From an uncultured Actinomycetes bacterium (GTDB taxonomy: Bacteria; Actinomycetota; Thermoleophilia; Gaiellales; F1-60-MAGs149), in assembly GCA_963732645.1 (NCBI GenBank), contig CAVTAC010000007.1, forward strand, positions 226,161-290,160: DNA of 64,000 nucleotides, read 5' to 3'. Shown piece by piece: positions 39,635 through 50,014 of the stretch. A program made the translations under genes and the position numbers. The first letter of the stretch is position 1, and each line of letters starts with the position of its first letter. The notes beneath the pieces are model-generated. The model made no database searches and was not told the DNA's origin. It was given only the letters and a program-made list of their open reading frames with translations.

Positions 39635-39661
39635 TTGTAGACGAACGTCTGTTCGTGTCAA
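39634..39661 (-). promoter_or_regulatory. near-consensus sigma-70-type promoter of the LysM gene, probably leaderless
   Basis: Minus strand: TTGACA (39661-39656), 16 nt, TACAAT (39639-39634), 7 nt, ATG. Confidence 0.65.
39642..39655. promoter_or_regulatory. LexA operator (SOS box 2) inside the -35/-10 spacer
   Basis: CGAACGTCTGTTCG (CGAAC-N4-GTTCG). Confidence 0.7.
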
Positions 39662-39667
39662 GGACGA

Positions 39668-39705
39668 CTTCGCCCGCCCTGGTCCTATGGCCAGGGCGGG
39701 CGAAG
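39668..39705 (-). terminator. 15-bp perfect stem hairpin after the sigma factor gene
   Basis: CTTCGCCCGCCCTGG-(8 nt)-CCAGGGCGGGCGAAG, 18 nt after the sigma gene stop. It has a weak U-tract. Confidence 0.6.
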
Positions 39706-39722
39706 ACGAAAGCGCCGGCGAG

Positions 39723-40796
39723 CTACTGCGCGACGACGGTGCGCAGGCCCTGGATCTCGCGGATCGCCGCGAGCTCACGGAGGGCCTCGACCTCGATCTG
39801 CCGGATCCGCTCGCGGGTGAGGCCGAACTCGCGTCCGATCTCGTCCAGCGTGCGGGGATCCTGCCCGTCGAGCCCGTACCGCAGCTCGAGCACGCGGCGG
39901 TAGCGCTCCGGCAGGGCGGAGAGGCCCATCTGGAGCGCCTCGTGGCGCAGCTGGTCGGCGACGGCGTCCATGGGGTCGATCGCCTCGGCGTCGGCCAGGA
40001 AGTCGGAGAACGACGACTCGCCGTCGTCGCCGACGGGCTCCTCGAGGGAGATCGGCGACCGCGCGGCCTTGCGGACGTCGAGCACCTGGTAGAGCGGGAG
40101 CTTCGCCTCCTTGGCGATCTCCTCGTTCGACGGCTCGCGGCCCAGCTTCAGCATCAGCGTGCGCTCGGCGCGGTTGATCTTCTGCAGGCGCTCGACCACG
40201 TGCACGGGCAGGCGGATCGTGCGGCTCTTGTCGGCGAGGGCGCGGGCGACGGCCTGGCGGATCCACCACGTCGCGTACGTGGAGAACTTCAGGTCGCGGC
40301 GCCAGTCGAACTTCTCGACCGCGCGGATCAGCCCGAGGATGCCCTCCTGGATCAGGTCGAGGAAGCCGAGACCCTGGCCGCGGTAGTTCTTCGCGATCGA
40401 CACCACCAGCCGGAGGTTCGACTCGACCATGTTGCGCTTGGCGTTCAGGTCGCCGCGCTCGACGCGCTTGGCCAGCCGGATCTCGTCCGCCTTGGTGAGC
40501 AGCGGGTAGCGCCCGACCTCGTGCAGGAAGAGCTGCAGCGAGTCGGTCGTGCCTTCGTACGCCATCCGCCGCTGTTCGGCGGTCGGCCCCGACGGGGCCT
40601 TCGGCTCCTCGACCACGTCGACGCCCTCGGCCTCGAAGAGCCGGTAGACGTCCTCCATCTGCTGGACGTCGAACTCGAACTCGAGAAGCGCCTCGGCGAT
40701 CTCCGTGAGCGTCAGCGAACCGCGCTCCACTCCGGTTTCGAGCAGCCGCTGGACCTCGGGCAGGTCATGCAGCTCGCTCGGCTGTTCAACCATCAT
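39723..40796 (-). CDS. RNA polymerase sigma-70 family factor, RpoD/SigA-like (group 1/2)
   Basis: Intact 357 aa with regions 1.2-4: LIQEGILGLIRAVEKFD, STYATWWIRQAV, TIRLPVHVVE, EIGREFGLTRERIRQIE. Confidence 0.95.
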   Translation of the reverse strand: MMVEQPSELHDLPEVQRLLETGVERGSLTLTEIAEALLEFEFDVQQMEDVYRLFEAEGVDVVEEPKAPSGPTAEQRRMAYEGTTDSLQLFLHEVGRYPLLTKADEIRLAKRVERGDLNAKRNMVESNLRLVVSIAKNYRGQGLGFLDLIQEGILGLIRAVEKFDWRRDLKFSTYATWWIRQAVARALADKSRTIRLPVHVVERLQKINRAERTLMLKLGREPSNEEIAKEAKLPLYQVLDVRKAARSPISLEEPVGDDGESSFSDFLADAEAIDPMDAVADQLRHEALQMGLSALPERYRRVLELRYGLDGQDPRTLDEIGREFGLTRERIRQIEVEALRELAAIREIQGLRTVVAQ

Positions 40797-40973
40797 CGAC
40801 CTGAACTACCCCCTTCGAGCCACGACCGGGCTGGACCACGCCGGACGGTGGCTAGACTTGCGTTCCCCGCGAGGCAAAGCCTCGAAAAATCTTGCGATCG
40901 AACCTGGAGCTGAGCGATTCCCCTGCACGTCACTGCACTCTCGCTCGGGCCCTACGGGACCTTCTGCTACTTC

Positions 40974-41582
40974 GTGAGTCGTTCCGGCGCTGGGGAGGCG
41001 TTGGTGATCGATCCGGGCGCAGAGCCCGCGACGATCACGGCTGCACTTTCCGAGGCCGGAGTGAGCTGCGCGGCGATCCTGATCACGCACGGACACTACG
41101 ATCACGTTGGTGCAGTCGCCCCGATTGCTCAGGGCCACGGATGCCCAGTCTACATCAGTTCCGGCGAGAGCCATATGCTCGAAAACCTGGAAAAAGAGGA
41201 GGCCCCCGGCTATGGCCCCCTCGAGTCGTATGAAGCCGACGTGAAGCTCCAGGGTGACGAGAGATTTTCATTGGCTGGATTGGGCATTCAAACCCATCTC
41301 GCACCGGGTCATTCGCCCGCCGGCCTGGTGTTCGAGATCTCCGATCCGGAGTCCGGCCAGGTGGCGCTGTTCGTCGGCGACGTGATCTTCCGGGGCTCGG
41401 TCGGGCGCACCGACTTCGCCGGCGGGTCGTTCGCCGTGCTCGAGGACTCGATCGTACGGCTGTACGAGACGTGCCCGCTCGACGCGCCGGTGCTGTCCGG
41501 CCACTCCGGGCCGACCACGCTCGCCGACGAGCTCCGGACGAACCCGTTCCTCGACGGCGTGCGCCGCCGGGTGGCGGGATGA
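40974..41582 (+). CDS. MBL-fold hydrolase (glyoxalase II-like)
   Basis: ILITHGHYDHVGA (HxHxDH), APGHSPAG, GDVIFRGSVGRTDF. The N-terminus probably extends upstream (LHVTALSLGPYGTFCYFV in the same frame, possible TTG at 40892 after a frame break near 40925). Confidence 0.8.
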   Translation: MSRSGAGEALVIDPGAEPATITAALSEAGVSCAAILITHGHYDHVGAVAPIAQGHGCPVYISSGESHMLENLEKEEAPGYGPLESYEADVKLQGDERFSLAGLGIQTHLAPGHSPAGLVFEISDPESGQVALFVGDVIFRGSVGRTDFAGGSFAVLEDSIVRLYETCPLDAPVLSGHSGPTTLADELRTNPFLDGVRRRVAG

Positions 41583-42853
41583 CGACGCACCAGTCGCCGC
41601 CGGGCACCCAGGACTGGCTGCCGGACCGGATGGCCATCCGCCGCGCGGTGATCGAGCGGGCGGAGGAGATCTTCGGCGCCGCCGGCTACCGCGAGATGAC
41701 CGTGCCGCTGATCGAGGACACCGGCCTGTTCGTGCGCACGAGCGGCGAGGGCTCCGACGTCGTCACGAAGGAGATGTACTCCTTCACCGACCGCGGTGAC
41801 CGCGAGATCTCGCTGCGGCCCGAGCTGACCGCCGGCCTCGTCCGCGCCTACCTGCAGCACGGCATGGCGACGCTGCCGCAGCCGGTGCGCATCTTCTCGA
41901 CCGGCAACGCGTACCGGTACAACCGCATGCAGCGCGGCCGGCTGCGCGAGTTCGTGCAGTTCGACGTCGAGGCGATCGGCTCGGCCGACCCCGCGGTCGA
42001 CGCCGAGATCATCGCGCTCGAGATGCGCTGGCTGGCGGCCATCGGCATGGACGGCCTGGAGCTCGAGATCAACTCCATCGACACGCCCGCCGCGCGCCGC
42101 GTGTACGTGGAGGAGCTGCGCGCGTTCATCGACGCGCACGCGGACGAGCTGTCGGCCGACGTGCTGCGGCTGCGCGACGTCAACCCGCTGCGGGCCTTCG
42201 ACACCAAGGACGAGGGATCGCGGGCGGTGCTGGCCGGCGCGCCCAAGATCACCGAGCGGCTATCGCCGGAGGCGGCCGAGCACTTCGCCTCGGTGCGCGC
42301 CTTCCTCGACGCGCGCGGCATCGCCTACCGGGTCGAGCCGACGCTCGTGCGCGGGCTCGACTACTACACCCACACGGCGTGGGAGATCAAGTGGCCGCCG
42401 CTCGGCGCCCAGTCCACCGTCTCCGGCGGCGGGCGCTACGACGGCTTCGCCGAGATCCTGGGCGGGCCGCCGACGCCGGGCATCGGGTTCGCGGCCGGCA
42501 TCGACCGCATCGTGCTGGCGCTGCAGGACCAGGGCAAGGCGGAGGCACTGGTGGCCGCGAGCGGGCCCGACCTGTTCGCCCAGGTGACGGTCGACGACGC
42601 GCGGCCGCGGGTGCATGCGCTGCTGGACGAGCTGCGGCTCGCCGGCGTGCGCTGCGAGGGCGATCTCGCCGGTCGCAGCGCCAAGGGGCAGCAGAAGCAG
42701 GCCGACCGCCTCGGGGCGCGGCTGGTCGCCCAGTGCGGGCCCGACGAGTGGGCGGCCGGTACGGTTCTGCTCCGCGACCGCACCCGTGGCGGCACGGAGA
42801 CGGTCGCCCTGGACGCCCTCGTGCGCACCGTCATCGAAAGGATCGGAACGTGA
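41579..42853 (+). CDS. hisS: histidine--tRNA ligase
   Basis: Intact: PPGTQDWLP, RPELTAGLVRAY, YRYNRMQRGRLREFVQFDVEAIG, GGGRYDG, GFAAGIDR. Confidence 0.95.
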   Translation: MTTHQSPPGTQDWLPDRMAIRRAVIERAEEIFGAAGYREMTVPLIEDTGLFVRTSGEGSDVVTKEMYSFTDRGDREISLRPELTAGLVRAYLQHGMATLPQPVRIFSTGNAYRYNRMQRGRLREFVQFDVEAIGSADPAVDAEIIALEMRWLAAIGMDGLELEINSIDTPAARRVYVEELRAFIDAHADELSADVLRLRDVNPLRAFDTKDEGSRAVLAGAPKITERLSPEAAEHFASVRAFLDARGIAYRVEPTLVRGLDYYTHTAWEIKWPPLGAQSTVSGGGRYDGFAEILGGPPTPGIGFAAGIDRIVLALQDQGKAEALVAASGPDLFAQVTVDDARPRVHALLDELRLAGVRCEGDLAGRSAKGQQKQADRLGARLVAQCGPDEWAAGTVLLRDRTRGGTETVALDALVRTVIERIGT

Positions 42854-44619
42854 GCTGGTATCGGACCCACGGCTGCGGCGAGCTCGGCGCCGGCCTCGCC
42901 GGCGAGCGGGTCGTCGTCTCCGGCTTCATCGGACGCCACCGCGACCACGGCGGCCTGATCTTCCTCGACGTGCGCGACGCGAGCGGCGTCGTGCAGGTCG
43001 TGATCGACCCCTCCGACGCGCCCGAGGCGCGCGCCGCCGCGCACGCCGCGCGCGTGGAGTCGGTCGTGCGGGTCGAGGGAGCCGTCGCGCGACGCTCGCC
43101 GGAGACGGTCAACCCGCGCCTGGCGACGGGTGAGATCGAGCTGCGCTGCGAGGTGCTCGAGGTGCTGTCGCCGGCCGACGCGCTGCCGTTCCAGCTCGAC
43201 GACGAGGGCGTCGACGAGGCGCTCCGCATCCGCCACCGCGCGCTCGACCTGCGCCGCGACGAGATGACGCAGCGCCTGCGCACGCGGGCGCACGTGACGC
43301 GCATCATGCGCCGCCACCTCGAGGACCGCGGGTTCCACGATCTCGAGACGCCGGTGCTGACGAAGTCGACGCCCGAGGGCGCCCGCGACTTCCTGGTGCC
43401 GGCGCGGCTGCATCCGGGCTCGTTCTACGCGCTGCCGCAGAGCCCGCAGCTGTTCAAGCAGCTCTACATGATGAGCGGCTTCGAGAAGTACTTCCAGATC
43501 GCCCGCTGCTTCCGGGACGAGGCCCAGCGCGCCGACCGGCAGCTGGAGTTCACGCAGCTCGACATCGAGATGGCGTACGTCGAGCGCGACGAGATCCTCG
43601 ACCTGGTCGAGGGCCTCTACTGCGAGATCTGGCAGGAGGTCAAGGGCATCGAGCTGGCGCGGCCGTTCCCGAAGATCACGTGGCACGAGTCGATGCTGCG
43701 GTTCGGGTCCGACAAGCCCGACCTGCGCTACGGCCTCGAGATCGCCGACGTCACCGACCTGGTGCGCGACTCGGAGTTCGGCGTCTTCGCGGGCGCCGCC
43801 GCGTCGGGCGGCGTCGTGCGCGCGCTGGCGTGCCCGGGCGCCGCGACGCTGTCGCGCAAGGATCTCGATGCGCTGGCCGAGTTCGCGAAGGAGTGGGGCG
43901 GCAAGGGGCTCGCCTACCTGCTGCTCGAGGAGAGCGGCGAGGTGCGGTCGCCGATCGCGAAGTTCCTGTCGCCGGCCGAGCTGGACGGGCTGCGGGCGGC
44001 TACCGGCGCCGGCAACGGCGACGCGATCTTCATCGCGGCCGACACCGAGGCCGTCGTCACGCGGGTGCTCGGCGCGCTGCGCCCGCATCTGGCCGACCAG
44101 CGCGACCTGTACGACCGCGACGCCTACGCGTTCGCCTTCGTGGTCGACTTCCCGCTGTTCCAGTACGACGAGGACGAGGGGCGGTTCGTGGCCGAGCACC
44201 ACATGTTCACGGCCCCGAAGCGCGAGCACGAGGCGCTGCTCGACACCGATCCCGGCGCCGTCATCTCCGAGGCGTACGACTTCGTCTGCAACGGGCTCGA
44301 GATCGCGTCCGGCTCGCTCAGAATCCACCGCGCCGACCTGCAGCAGAAGATCTTCGACATCGTCGGCTTCTCGAAGGAGGACGCCGAGGAGCGGTTCGGC
44401 TTCCTGCTCCGCGCCCTGCGCTACGGCGCCCCGCCGCACGGCGGCATCGCCCCGGGCCTCGACCGCGCCGTGATGCTGCTCGAGCGGACGGACAACATCC
44501 GCGACGTGATCGCCTTCCCGAAGATCTCGGGCGGCTTCGACCCGCTCACCGACGCACCGACGCCGGTCGAGCAGTCGCAGCTCGGCGACCTGGGCCTGCA
44601 GCTGCGCCCGAAGGCGTAG
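42850..44619 (+). CDS. aspS: aspartate--tRNA ligase
   Basis: Intact from the GTG at 42850: [71 protein letters not shown]. Confidence 0.97.
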   Translation: MSWYRTHGCGELGAGLAGERVVVSGFIGRHRDHGGLIFLDVRDASGVVQVVIDPSDAPEARAAAHAARVESVVRVEGAVARRSPETVNPRLATGEIELRCEVLEVLSPADALPFQLDDEGVDEALRIRHRALDLRRDEMTQRLRTRAHVTRIMRRHLEDRGFHDLETPVLTKSTPEGARDFLVPARLHPGSFYALPQSPQLFKQLYMMSGFEKYFQIARCFRDEAQRADRQLEFTQLDIEMAYVERDEILDLVEGLYCEIWQEVKGIELARPFPKITWHESMLRFGSDKPDLRYGLEIADVTDLVRDSEFGVFAGAAASGGVVRALACPGAATLSRKDLDALAEFAKEWGGKGLAYLLLEESGEVRSPIAKFLSPAELDGLRAATGAGNGDAIFIAADTEAVVTRVLGALRPHLADQRDLYDRDAYAFAFVVDFPLFQYDEDEGRFVAEHHMFTAPKREHEALLDTDPGAVISEAYDFVCNGLEIASGSLRIHRADLQQKIFDIVGFSKEDAEERFGFLLRALRYGAPPHGGIAPGLDRAVMLLERTDNIRDVIAFPKISGGFDPLTDAPTPVEQSQLGDLGLQLRPKA

Positions 44620-44645
44620 CTCGAGCGCCGTTCGGCGCGCGACCG

Positions 44646-44927
44646 GCAATTTCTGCGCCAGGCTCCGAACGGATCCGCGTGGACGCCGCGCTGCGCGACA
44701 AATTCGGTGCCAGGCACCGAATTTGCGCGCGCGGCACGCCCGCGCGCGGGTGCGTGCGCTTCCGTCAACCTCCGCGCGCCGGCGGCTCGAGGCGCCGGTC
44801 CTGGCGCGCGGCACCGCGACGCGCACGCCTGGCGAGTCGGCGTCGGCGGGTCCTGCGATCGGCCGTCGAGCCGCCGGCCCGAGCGCCTACTCGACAAATT
44901 CCGTACCGTGGTTCCGAATTTGTCGAG
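44646..44927. repeat. three copies of a ~27-nt palindromic element (CAAATTCGGTGCC-N-GGCACCGAATTTG type) in the aspS-rph intergenic region
   Basis: Perfect 13-bp arms at 44699-44725. An imperfect copy with 12-bp outer arms (CTCGACAAATTC...GAATTTGTCGAG) is at 44890-44927. A degenerate copy is at 44647-44672. Confidence 0.75.
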
Positions 44928-45043
44928 GAGACCCCTTCTGTGCGGTCCGTCGCAGTTCGGTGGCATTCCGCGCGACCTGCGTGCGCCGTTTCGGGGCGCT
45001 GCACCCGGCGGCGCCGCCCTGTCCGGTCGCTAGGCTCTCCACC

Positions 45044-45763
45044 ATGCGAGCAGACGGCCGCCGCGCCGACGAGATCCGCCCCCTGACGTTCGACGTCGAC
45101 TTCATCACCTCCGCGAGCGGGTCCGTGCTGGTCACGGCCGGCGACACGCGCGTCATCTGCACCGCGATGGTGGAGGAGTCGGTGCCCGGCTGGATGCGCG
45201 GCCAGGGCGTCGGGTGGATCACCGCCGAGTACGGGATGCTGCCCGGCTCCACCTCGACGCGGAAGGGGCGCGACGCCACCCGCGGGCGGCTCGACGGCCG
45301 CACCGTCGAGATCCAGCGGCTGATCGGGCGCTCGCTGCGCGCCATCGTCGACCGCAACGGCCTCGGCGAGCGCACGGTGTGGGTCGACTGCGACGTGATC
45401 CAGGCCGACGGCGGCACCCGCTGCGCCGCGATCACCGGCGGCTACGTGGCGCTGCACCGCGCGCTCGGGCGCCTCGTCACGGCCGGCAAGCTGTCCGAGC
45501 TGCCGCTCACCGACACGGTCTCGGCCGTCTCGGTCGGCGTCGTCGACGGCACGCCGGTGCTCGACCTGCCCTACGTGGAAGACGTCCGCGCCGAGACCGA
45601 CATGAACGTCGTCATGACGGGCGACGGCCGGTTCGTCGAGGTGCAGGGCACCGCGGAGGGTGCACCGTTCGGCCGCGAGGACCTGGACGGGCTCCTCGCC
45701 CTCGCCGAGCAGGGCATCCGCGAGATCCGCGCGCTGCAGCTGCGCGCCTGCGCGTTGCCGTGA
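45044..45763 (+). CDS. rph: ribonuclease PH
   Basis: Intact: [13 protein letters not shown]..., [26 protein letters not shown]. Confidence 0.95.
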   Translation: MRADGRRADEIRPLTFDVDFITSASGSVLVTAGDTRVICTAMVEESVPGWMRGQGVGWITAEYGMLPGSTSTRKGRDATRGRLDGRTVEIQRLIGRSLRAIVDRNGLGERTVWVDCDVIQADGGTRCAAITGGYVALHRALGRLVTAGKLSELPLTDTVSAVSVGVVDGTPVLDLPYVEDVRAETDMNVVMTGDGRFVEVQGTAEGAPFGREDLDGLLALAEQGIREIRALQLRACALP

Positions 45764-46323
45764 TCTACCTCGCCTCGCAGAACGCCCACAAGGCGCTCGA
45801 GCTGGGGCGGCTGCTCGGCTCGGACGTGGCGCCGCTCCCGGGCTACGACGCGCCGGTGGAGGACGGCGACACGTTCACCGCCAACGCCCGCATCAAGGCG
45901 CGGGCCGGCGCCGTGGTCGCACCGGCCGGCGCGATGACGGTGGCCGACGACTCGGGCATCGTCGTCGAGGCCCTCGGCGGCGCGCCCGGCATCCACTCCG
46001 CCCGCTACGGCGGTGACGGCCTCGACGACGCGGGCCGCGTGACGCACCTGCTGGACGAGCTCGGCGACGCCACCGACCGCCGGGCGGCGTTCGTCTGCGT
46101 GCTGGTCGCCATCGCGGCCGACGGCTCCGAGGTGGTGGCCGAGGGGCGCGTCGACGGCACCATCGCCGCCGCCCCGCGGGGCACGAGCGGCTTCGGCTAC
46201 GACCCGATCTTCGTGCCGGCCGGCGAGACCCGCACCATCGGCGAGCTGTCGGCTGCCGAGAAGGACGCGCTGTCGCACCGGGGACGCGCAGCGGCGGTAC
46301 TGCGCGCCGCGCTGGGCCGGTGA
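45760..46323 (+). CDS. rdgB: non-canonical purine NTP pyrophosphatase (RdgB/HAM1 family)
   Basis: The GTG overlaps the rph stop. Motifs: [46 protein letters not shown]. Confidence 0.9.
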   Translation: MIYLASQNAHKALELGRLLGSDVAPLPGYDAPVEDGDTFTANARIKARAGAVVAPAGAMTVADDSGIVVEALGGAPGIHSARYGGDGLDDAGRVTHLLDELGDATDRRAAFVCVLVAIAADGSEVVAEGRVDGTIAAAPRGTSGFGYDPIFVPAGETRTIGELSAAEKDALSHRGRAAAVLRAALGR

Positions 46324-47189
46324 CCGCCGACGCCCGCGGTCGCGCCGCCGCGCTGGCGACGGCCACCAGCGCGATCCTGATCGCCGTCAAGGTGGCGCTC
46401 GCGCTCGTGACCGGATCGGTGGCCGTGCTGGCCGAGGCCACGCACGCCGCGGCCGAGCTGTTGCGCACCATCGTCGCGGCCTTCGCCGCGCGGGACGAGG
46501 GCCGCCCGGGCGGTACGCCGGCATCGGCCGGCAGGCTGGAGGGCGGCATCGTGGTGGTGGCCGGCGTCGTTGCGGCCTTCGCGTCGCTGCGCACCCTCGG
46601 CGGCGACGTCGACGTGCCGCTCGTGGGCATCGCCGGCCTGCTGGCCTGCGCGCTGCTGGCGCGCCTGGTCGCGGCGCGCGTCTCGAGGGTGGCCGCCGCG
46701 ACCGGATCGGCCGCACTCGCCGCCGACGCCCGCAGCCTGCGCTCCAGCCAGGCGACCGCGGTGCTGGCCGCCGGAGCGCTGGCGATCGTGGTGCTCGCCG
46801 ACGCCACGTTTCCCGACGCCGTCGGCGGTCTGCTGATCAGCGGCGTGGTGGTGCGCATCGGCGTCGAGCTGATCCAGGCCGCCCGTCCCGGCCGCGAGCG
46901 GGTCGGCGCCGCGGAGCTGGCCGCGATCTCCGACGAGCTCGCCGCCGGGCCGCCCGAGGTGGTCGGCTACGGGAAGATCGTGGGCCGCACCGCGGCCGGC
47001 GTGCGGCGCATCGATATCGACGTCACGCTCCAGGCCGGCGTGACGCCGCAGCGCATGACGGAGATCGCGGACGTCCTGCGCGGTACCATCGGACGTCGTG
47101 TCCCCGGCTGCCGCATCGTCCTGCACCTACGTAAACCTGATAGACCCTCGCGAAAAGCGCGCGTTGGGAACCGGCCGTCACGGCAGTAG
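46320..47189 (+). CDS. cation diffusion facilitator (CDF)-like transporter with degenerate metal-site residues
   Basis: Six predicted helices, SVAVLAEATHAAAELL in TM2, and a C-terminal dimerisation-like domain (VVGYGKIVGRTAAGVRRIDIDVTL...). The family call is moderate. Confidence 0.6.
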   Translation: MTADARGRAAALATATSAILIAVKVALALVTGSVAVLAEATHAAAELLRTIVAAFAARDEGRPGGTPASAGRLEGGIVVVAGVVAAFASLRTLGGDVDVPLVGIAGLLACALLARLVAARVSRVAAATGSAALAADARSLRSSQATAVLAAGALAIVVLADATFPDAVGGLLISGVVVRIGVELIQAARPGRERVGAAELAAISDELAAGPPEVVGYGKIVGRTAAGVRRIDIDVTLQAGVTPQRMTEIADVLRGTIGRRVPGCRIVLHLRKPDRPSRKARVGNRPSRQ

Positions 47190-47199
47190 GCTGGAGAGT

Positions 47200-48442
47200 G
47201 TGGGAAAAGGAACTTGGAGGCTCGCGGCAACGCTGCTAGCGCTCGCGCTGCCGACGCCTGCCTTCGCGGCCGCCGATCCGAACGATCCGTTCTTCCCGCC
47301 GAGAGCGGTCGGCGGGCTGGAAGGCGAAGATCGGCTGGACGCCGCCGCCCAGACATCGCCTACCCGGTGATCGCGATCGTCGACACCGGCCTCTGGTCGG
47401 GATTCGACGATTTCGCGGGCTACCTCGACGACGAGAGCGCCGACTGCACGACCTCGAAGACCGCGCGCCGGATGCTGCATCCGGGCGACGTCAACGACAC
47501 GGACGGGCACGGCACCAAGGTCGGCGACCCTGGCGGCGGCGCCGGCGAACGGCAAGGGCACGGTCGGCGTCTCGCCCGAACTCGCACGTCATCGTCGTCC
47601 GCTTCACGCTCAAGAACGGCGACAACTTCGGCTTCACGTGCGCGTTCAACTACCTGGCCGGGATCGCGGCCTCCGGGCAGCCGCTGGTCGTGAACGTCTC
47701 GTCCGCGTTCGACCGCGCGCCGCCCGGTGCGCACAGCAGGCGCTCGACCGGCTGATCAAGGCCGGCGCCCTCGTGGTCGCCGCCGCCGGCAACACCAAGG
47801 GCGGCAAGGTGCAGTGGCCCGCCAACGCCTCGCACGTGCTGGCCGTCGGCCAGGACAACGGCGACGGCGCGCGCGGCACGAAGCTCGACCTCGTCGCGCC
47901 GGGCTCGAACCTGCGACTGCCCGACCTGAACGGCAAGTGGCGTCGTGAGCGCCGATAGCGGCACGTCGTTCTCCGCGCCCATCGTGGCCGGCGCGGCAGC
48001 GCGGGTCTGGGGGCCGCTGCCGACGCTCGAGCCGCAGGTCATCACCTACCTGCTGCGCAAGTACGCGAAGGTGCGCGGCGCGCAAGGGTGGACGGCTTCG
48101 GGCTCGTCAACATCGCCACGCGCTCTGGCCGGTGCGGCGCAAGGCGGTTCCGTGATCAACGAGGCGGAGCCGAACGACAACCAGTCGACGCGCCCAGCAG
48201 AAGGCCGGCTGCAAGCGGGCGTGCACGCTGCAGCGGGCTCGTCACGACGACCGGACGACAAGTTCGACTACTGGCGGCTGCAGCGGGCGCGGCACGTGCT
48301 CCGAAGCGAAGCGGCTGAAGACGCGACCGGCGGCGTCGACGCGAACTGCTTCCGCGCCAGCGGGCGCGGCGGTGGCACGTTCATCAAGGTGACGGCGAAG
48401 AGGCAGCTCGGCCTCTACACCGTCACCGTCCCGCGTCGCTGA
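47200..48442 (+). pseudogene. secreted subtilisin-like serine protease (S8) with PPC-like C-terminal domain; about 7 frame breaks
   Basis: Signal LLALALPTPAFAA. Catalytic Asp (VIAIVDTG), His (DGHGT) and Ser (SGTSFSAP) motifs are found in different frames (ORFs 47098.., 47214.., 47638.., 47945..). EAEPNDNQST lies near the C-terminus. Confidence 0.85.
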
Positions 48443-48448
48443 CCCCCG

Positions 48449-49357
48449 CTAGCCCGCCTTCGGGTCGTCGCTCGGCGCCTCGGCGCCGTTGCGCAGCACA
48501 CCGTGCCGGCCGCGGCCGTACCACCAGTTGATCTCGGCGCCGAGCAGCAGGATGTTGCCCATCAGGAAGAACCAGACGAGCAGCACCACGATGCCGCCGA
48601 GGGCCTTCAGCGAATCGACCGTGTCGATCACGTCGACGTAGAGCGGCAGGAAGAAGAAGCCCGCCTGCATCGTCACCGTCGAGAAGATGACGCCGGGCAG
48701 CACCTCCTTCGACGTGATCGTCGTGTTCGGGATGTAGCGGTACACGACGAACAGGAACGCCACGGTGACGATGCTCGAGAACATCAGCCCGAGCAGCTCC
48801 TCGACCGAGAGCAGGCCGAAGACGGTGTTGGTGTACGACTTCGCCCACGCGGACAGGGCGGTGGTCGCCGTCAGCAGCGTGAAGAGGCCGATGATCGAGC
48901 CGAGCACGAGCACGAGCGTCTGCGCCTTCTGCTGCAGGAACGGGCGGTTCGGCACCTCGTAGATGATGTTCAGCGCCGAGCCGATCGCGGACAGCAGCCC
49001 GAGCGACGACCACAGCAGGATCACGAGGCCGATCAGTCCGAGCGTCGAGGCCGGCCCGCGCAGATCGTTGACGACCTGGACGATGTCGGACACCGACTGG
49101 CCCGGAAAGGCCTGCGACAGCTGGCGGATCAGGAAGCTCGACTCGGTCTGCTGCCCGACGAACTGGAGCGGGAACAGCAGCAGGAACAGCAGCGGCACGA
49201 ACGACAGCAGCGCGTAGTACGCGATCATCGCGGCGAGGTGCGTGCCGCGGTCGTTGAAGAAGTTGACGAGCCACGGCAGGTGCGGCGACCGTCGGTGATG
49301 AGGACGCAGCCCGAGCCATGAACGCGATCCTCTCGTGCTCGTCATCACCCGTACCAT
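48449..49357 (-). CDS. YihY/BrkB (virulence factor BrkB/RNase BN-annotated) family membrane protein
   Basis: Intact 302 aa: HLAAMIAYYALLSFVPLLFLL... with six helices and a C-terminal GAEINW motif. Confidence 0.85.
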   Translation of the reverse strand: MVRVMTSTRGSRSWLGLRPHHRRSPHLPWLVNFFNDRGTHLAAMIAYYALLSFVPLLFLLLFPLQFVGQQTESSFLIRQLSQAFPGQSVSDIVQVVNDLRGPASTLGLIGLVILLWSSLGLLSAIGSALNIIYEVPNRPFLQQKAQTLVLVLGSIIGLFTLLTATTALSAWAKSYTNTVFGLLSVEELLGLMFSSIVTVAFLFVVYRYIPNTTITSKEVLPGVIFSTVTMQAGFFFLPLYVDVIDTVDSLKALGGIVVLLVWFFLMGNILLLGAEINWWYGRGRHGVLRNGAEAPSDDPKAG

Positions 49358-49410
49358 ACGGGCCGGGCCCGCCGTGGTAGCCTCACGACGACGGCGATCC
49401 AGGAGGAGCG

Positions 49411-49821
49411 ATGGACCCCGCCGAGGCTCTGACGGACCTCAAGCAGATCTCGACCCAGGTCGAACGCGCAGTCGTCGTCCGCAACGACGGCACGCTCGAG
49501 GCATCCACGCTGCGGGATTCCGCGGCCGCCGAGCGCATCGCGCGCGCGGCCGGCGACCTGTGGCAGGCGGCGGACGACGCGCGGTCGTCGCTGGGCCGCC
49601 CGGCCCTCTCGCAGCTCGAGGTGGCGACCCCCGACGGCAGCGTGTTCGCGGTGCGCGACGACGCGCGCATGGTCTGCGCGGTCACCGCCGGCGACCCCAC
49701 GGTCGGCCTGATCTTCTACGACCTGAAGACGTGCCTGCGCAACATCGCCGAGGAGCCGGTCGAGGCCGCAGTGCCCGAGCCGGCCGCCGCCGGCGAGGGA
49801 GGAACCGATGGCGAGGGGTAA
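49411..49821 (+). CDS. Roadblock/LC7 (MglB-like) domain protein
   Basis: 136 aa: ...VERAVVVRNDGTLEAS...LEVATPDGSVFAVRDDARMVCAVT..., with an acidic tail. Confidence 0.65.
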   Translation: MDPAEALTDLKQISTQVERAVVVRNDGTLEASTLRDSAAAERIARAAGDLWQAADDARSSLGRPALSQLEVATPDGSVFAVRDDARMVCAVTAGDPTVGLIFYDLKTCLRNIAEEPVEAAVPEPAAAGEGGTDGEG

Positions 49822-50014
49822 GATCGCGGCGATCGCCGTGGCCACCGGGTCGGTGCTCGGGACGGTGCTCGTCCGGCGGCGACGCCGGCTGCACCAGACC
49901 CGCGTCGACCTGTACTTCGGCGATGGCTCGATGCTGTCGCTGGCGGACGACGCGCCCGAGTCGGCGGCGATCCTGCCGGCCGCGCACGCCATCCTCGCGG
50001 TCTCCGTCACGTGA
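49808..50014 (+). CDS. hypothetical small membrane protein
   Basis: 68-aa ORF with an N-terminal TM and typical GC3. It overlaps both neighbours by a few nt, which suggests coupling. Confidence 0.4.
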   Translation: MARGKIAAIAVATGSVLGTVLVRRRRRLHQTRVDLYFGDGSMLSLADDAPESAAILPAAHAILAVSVT

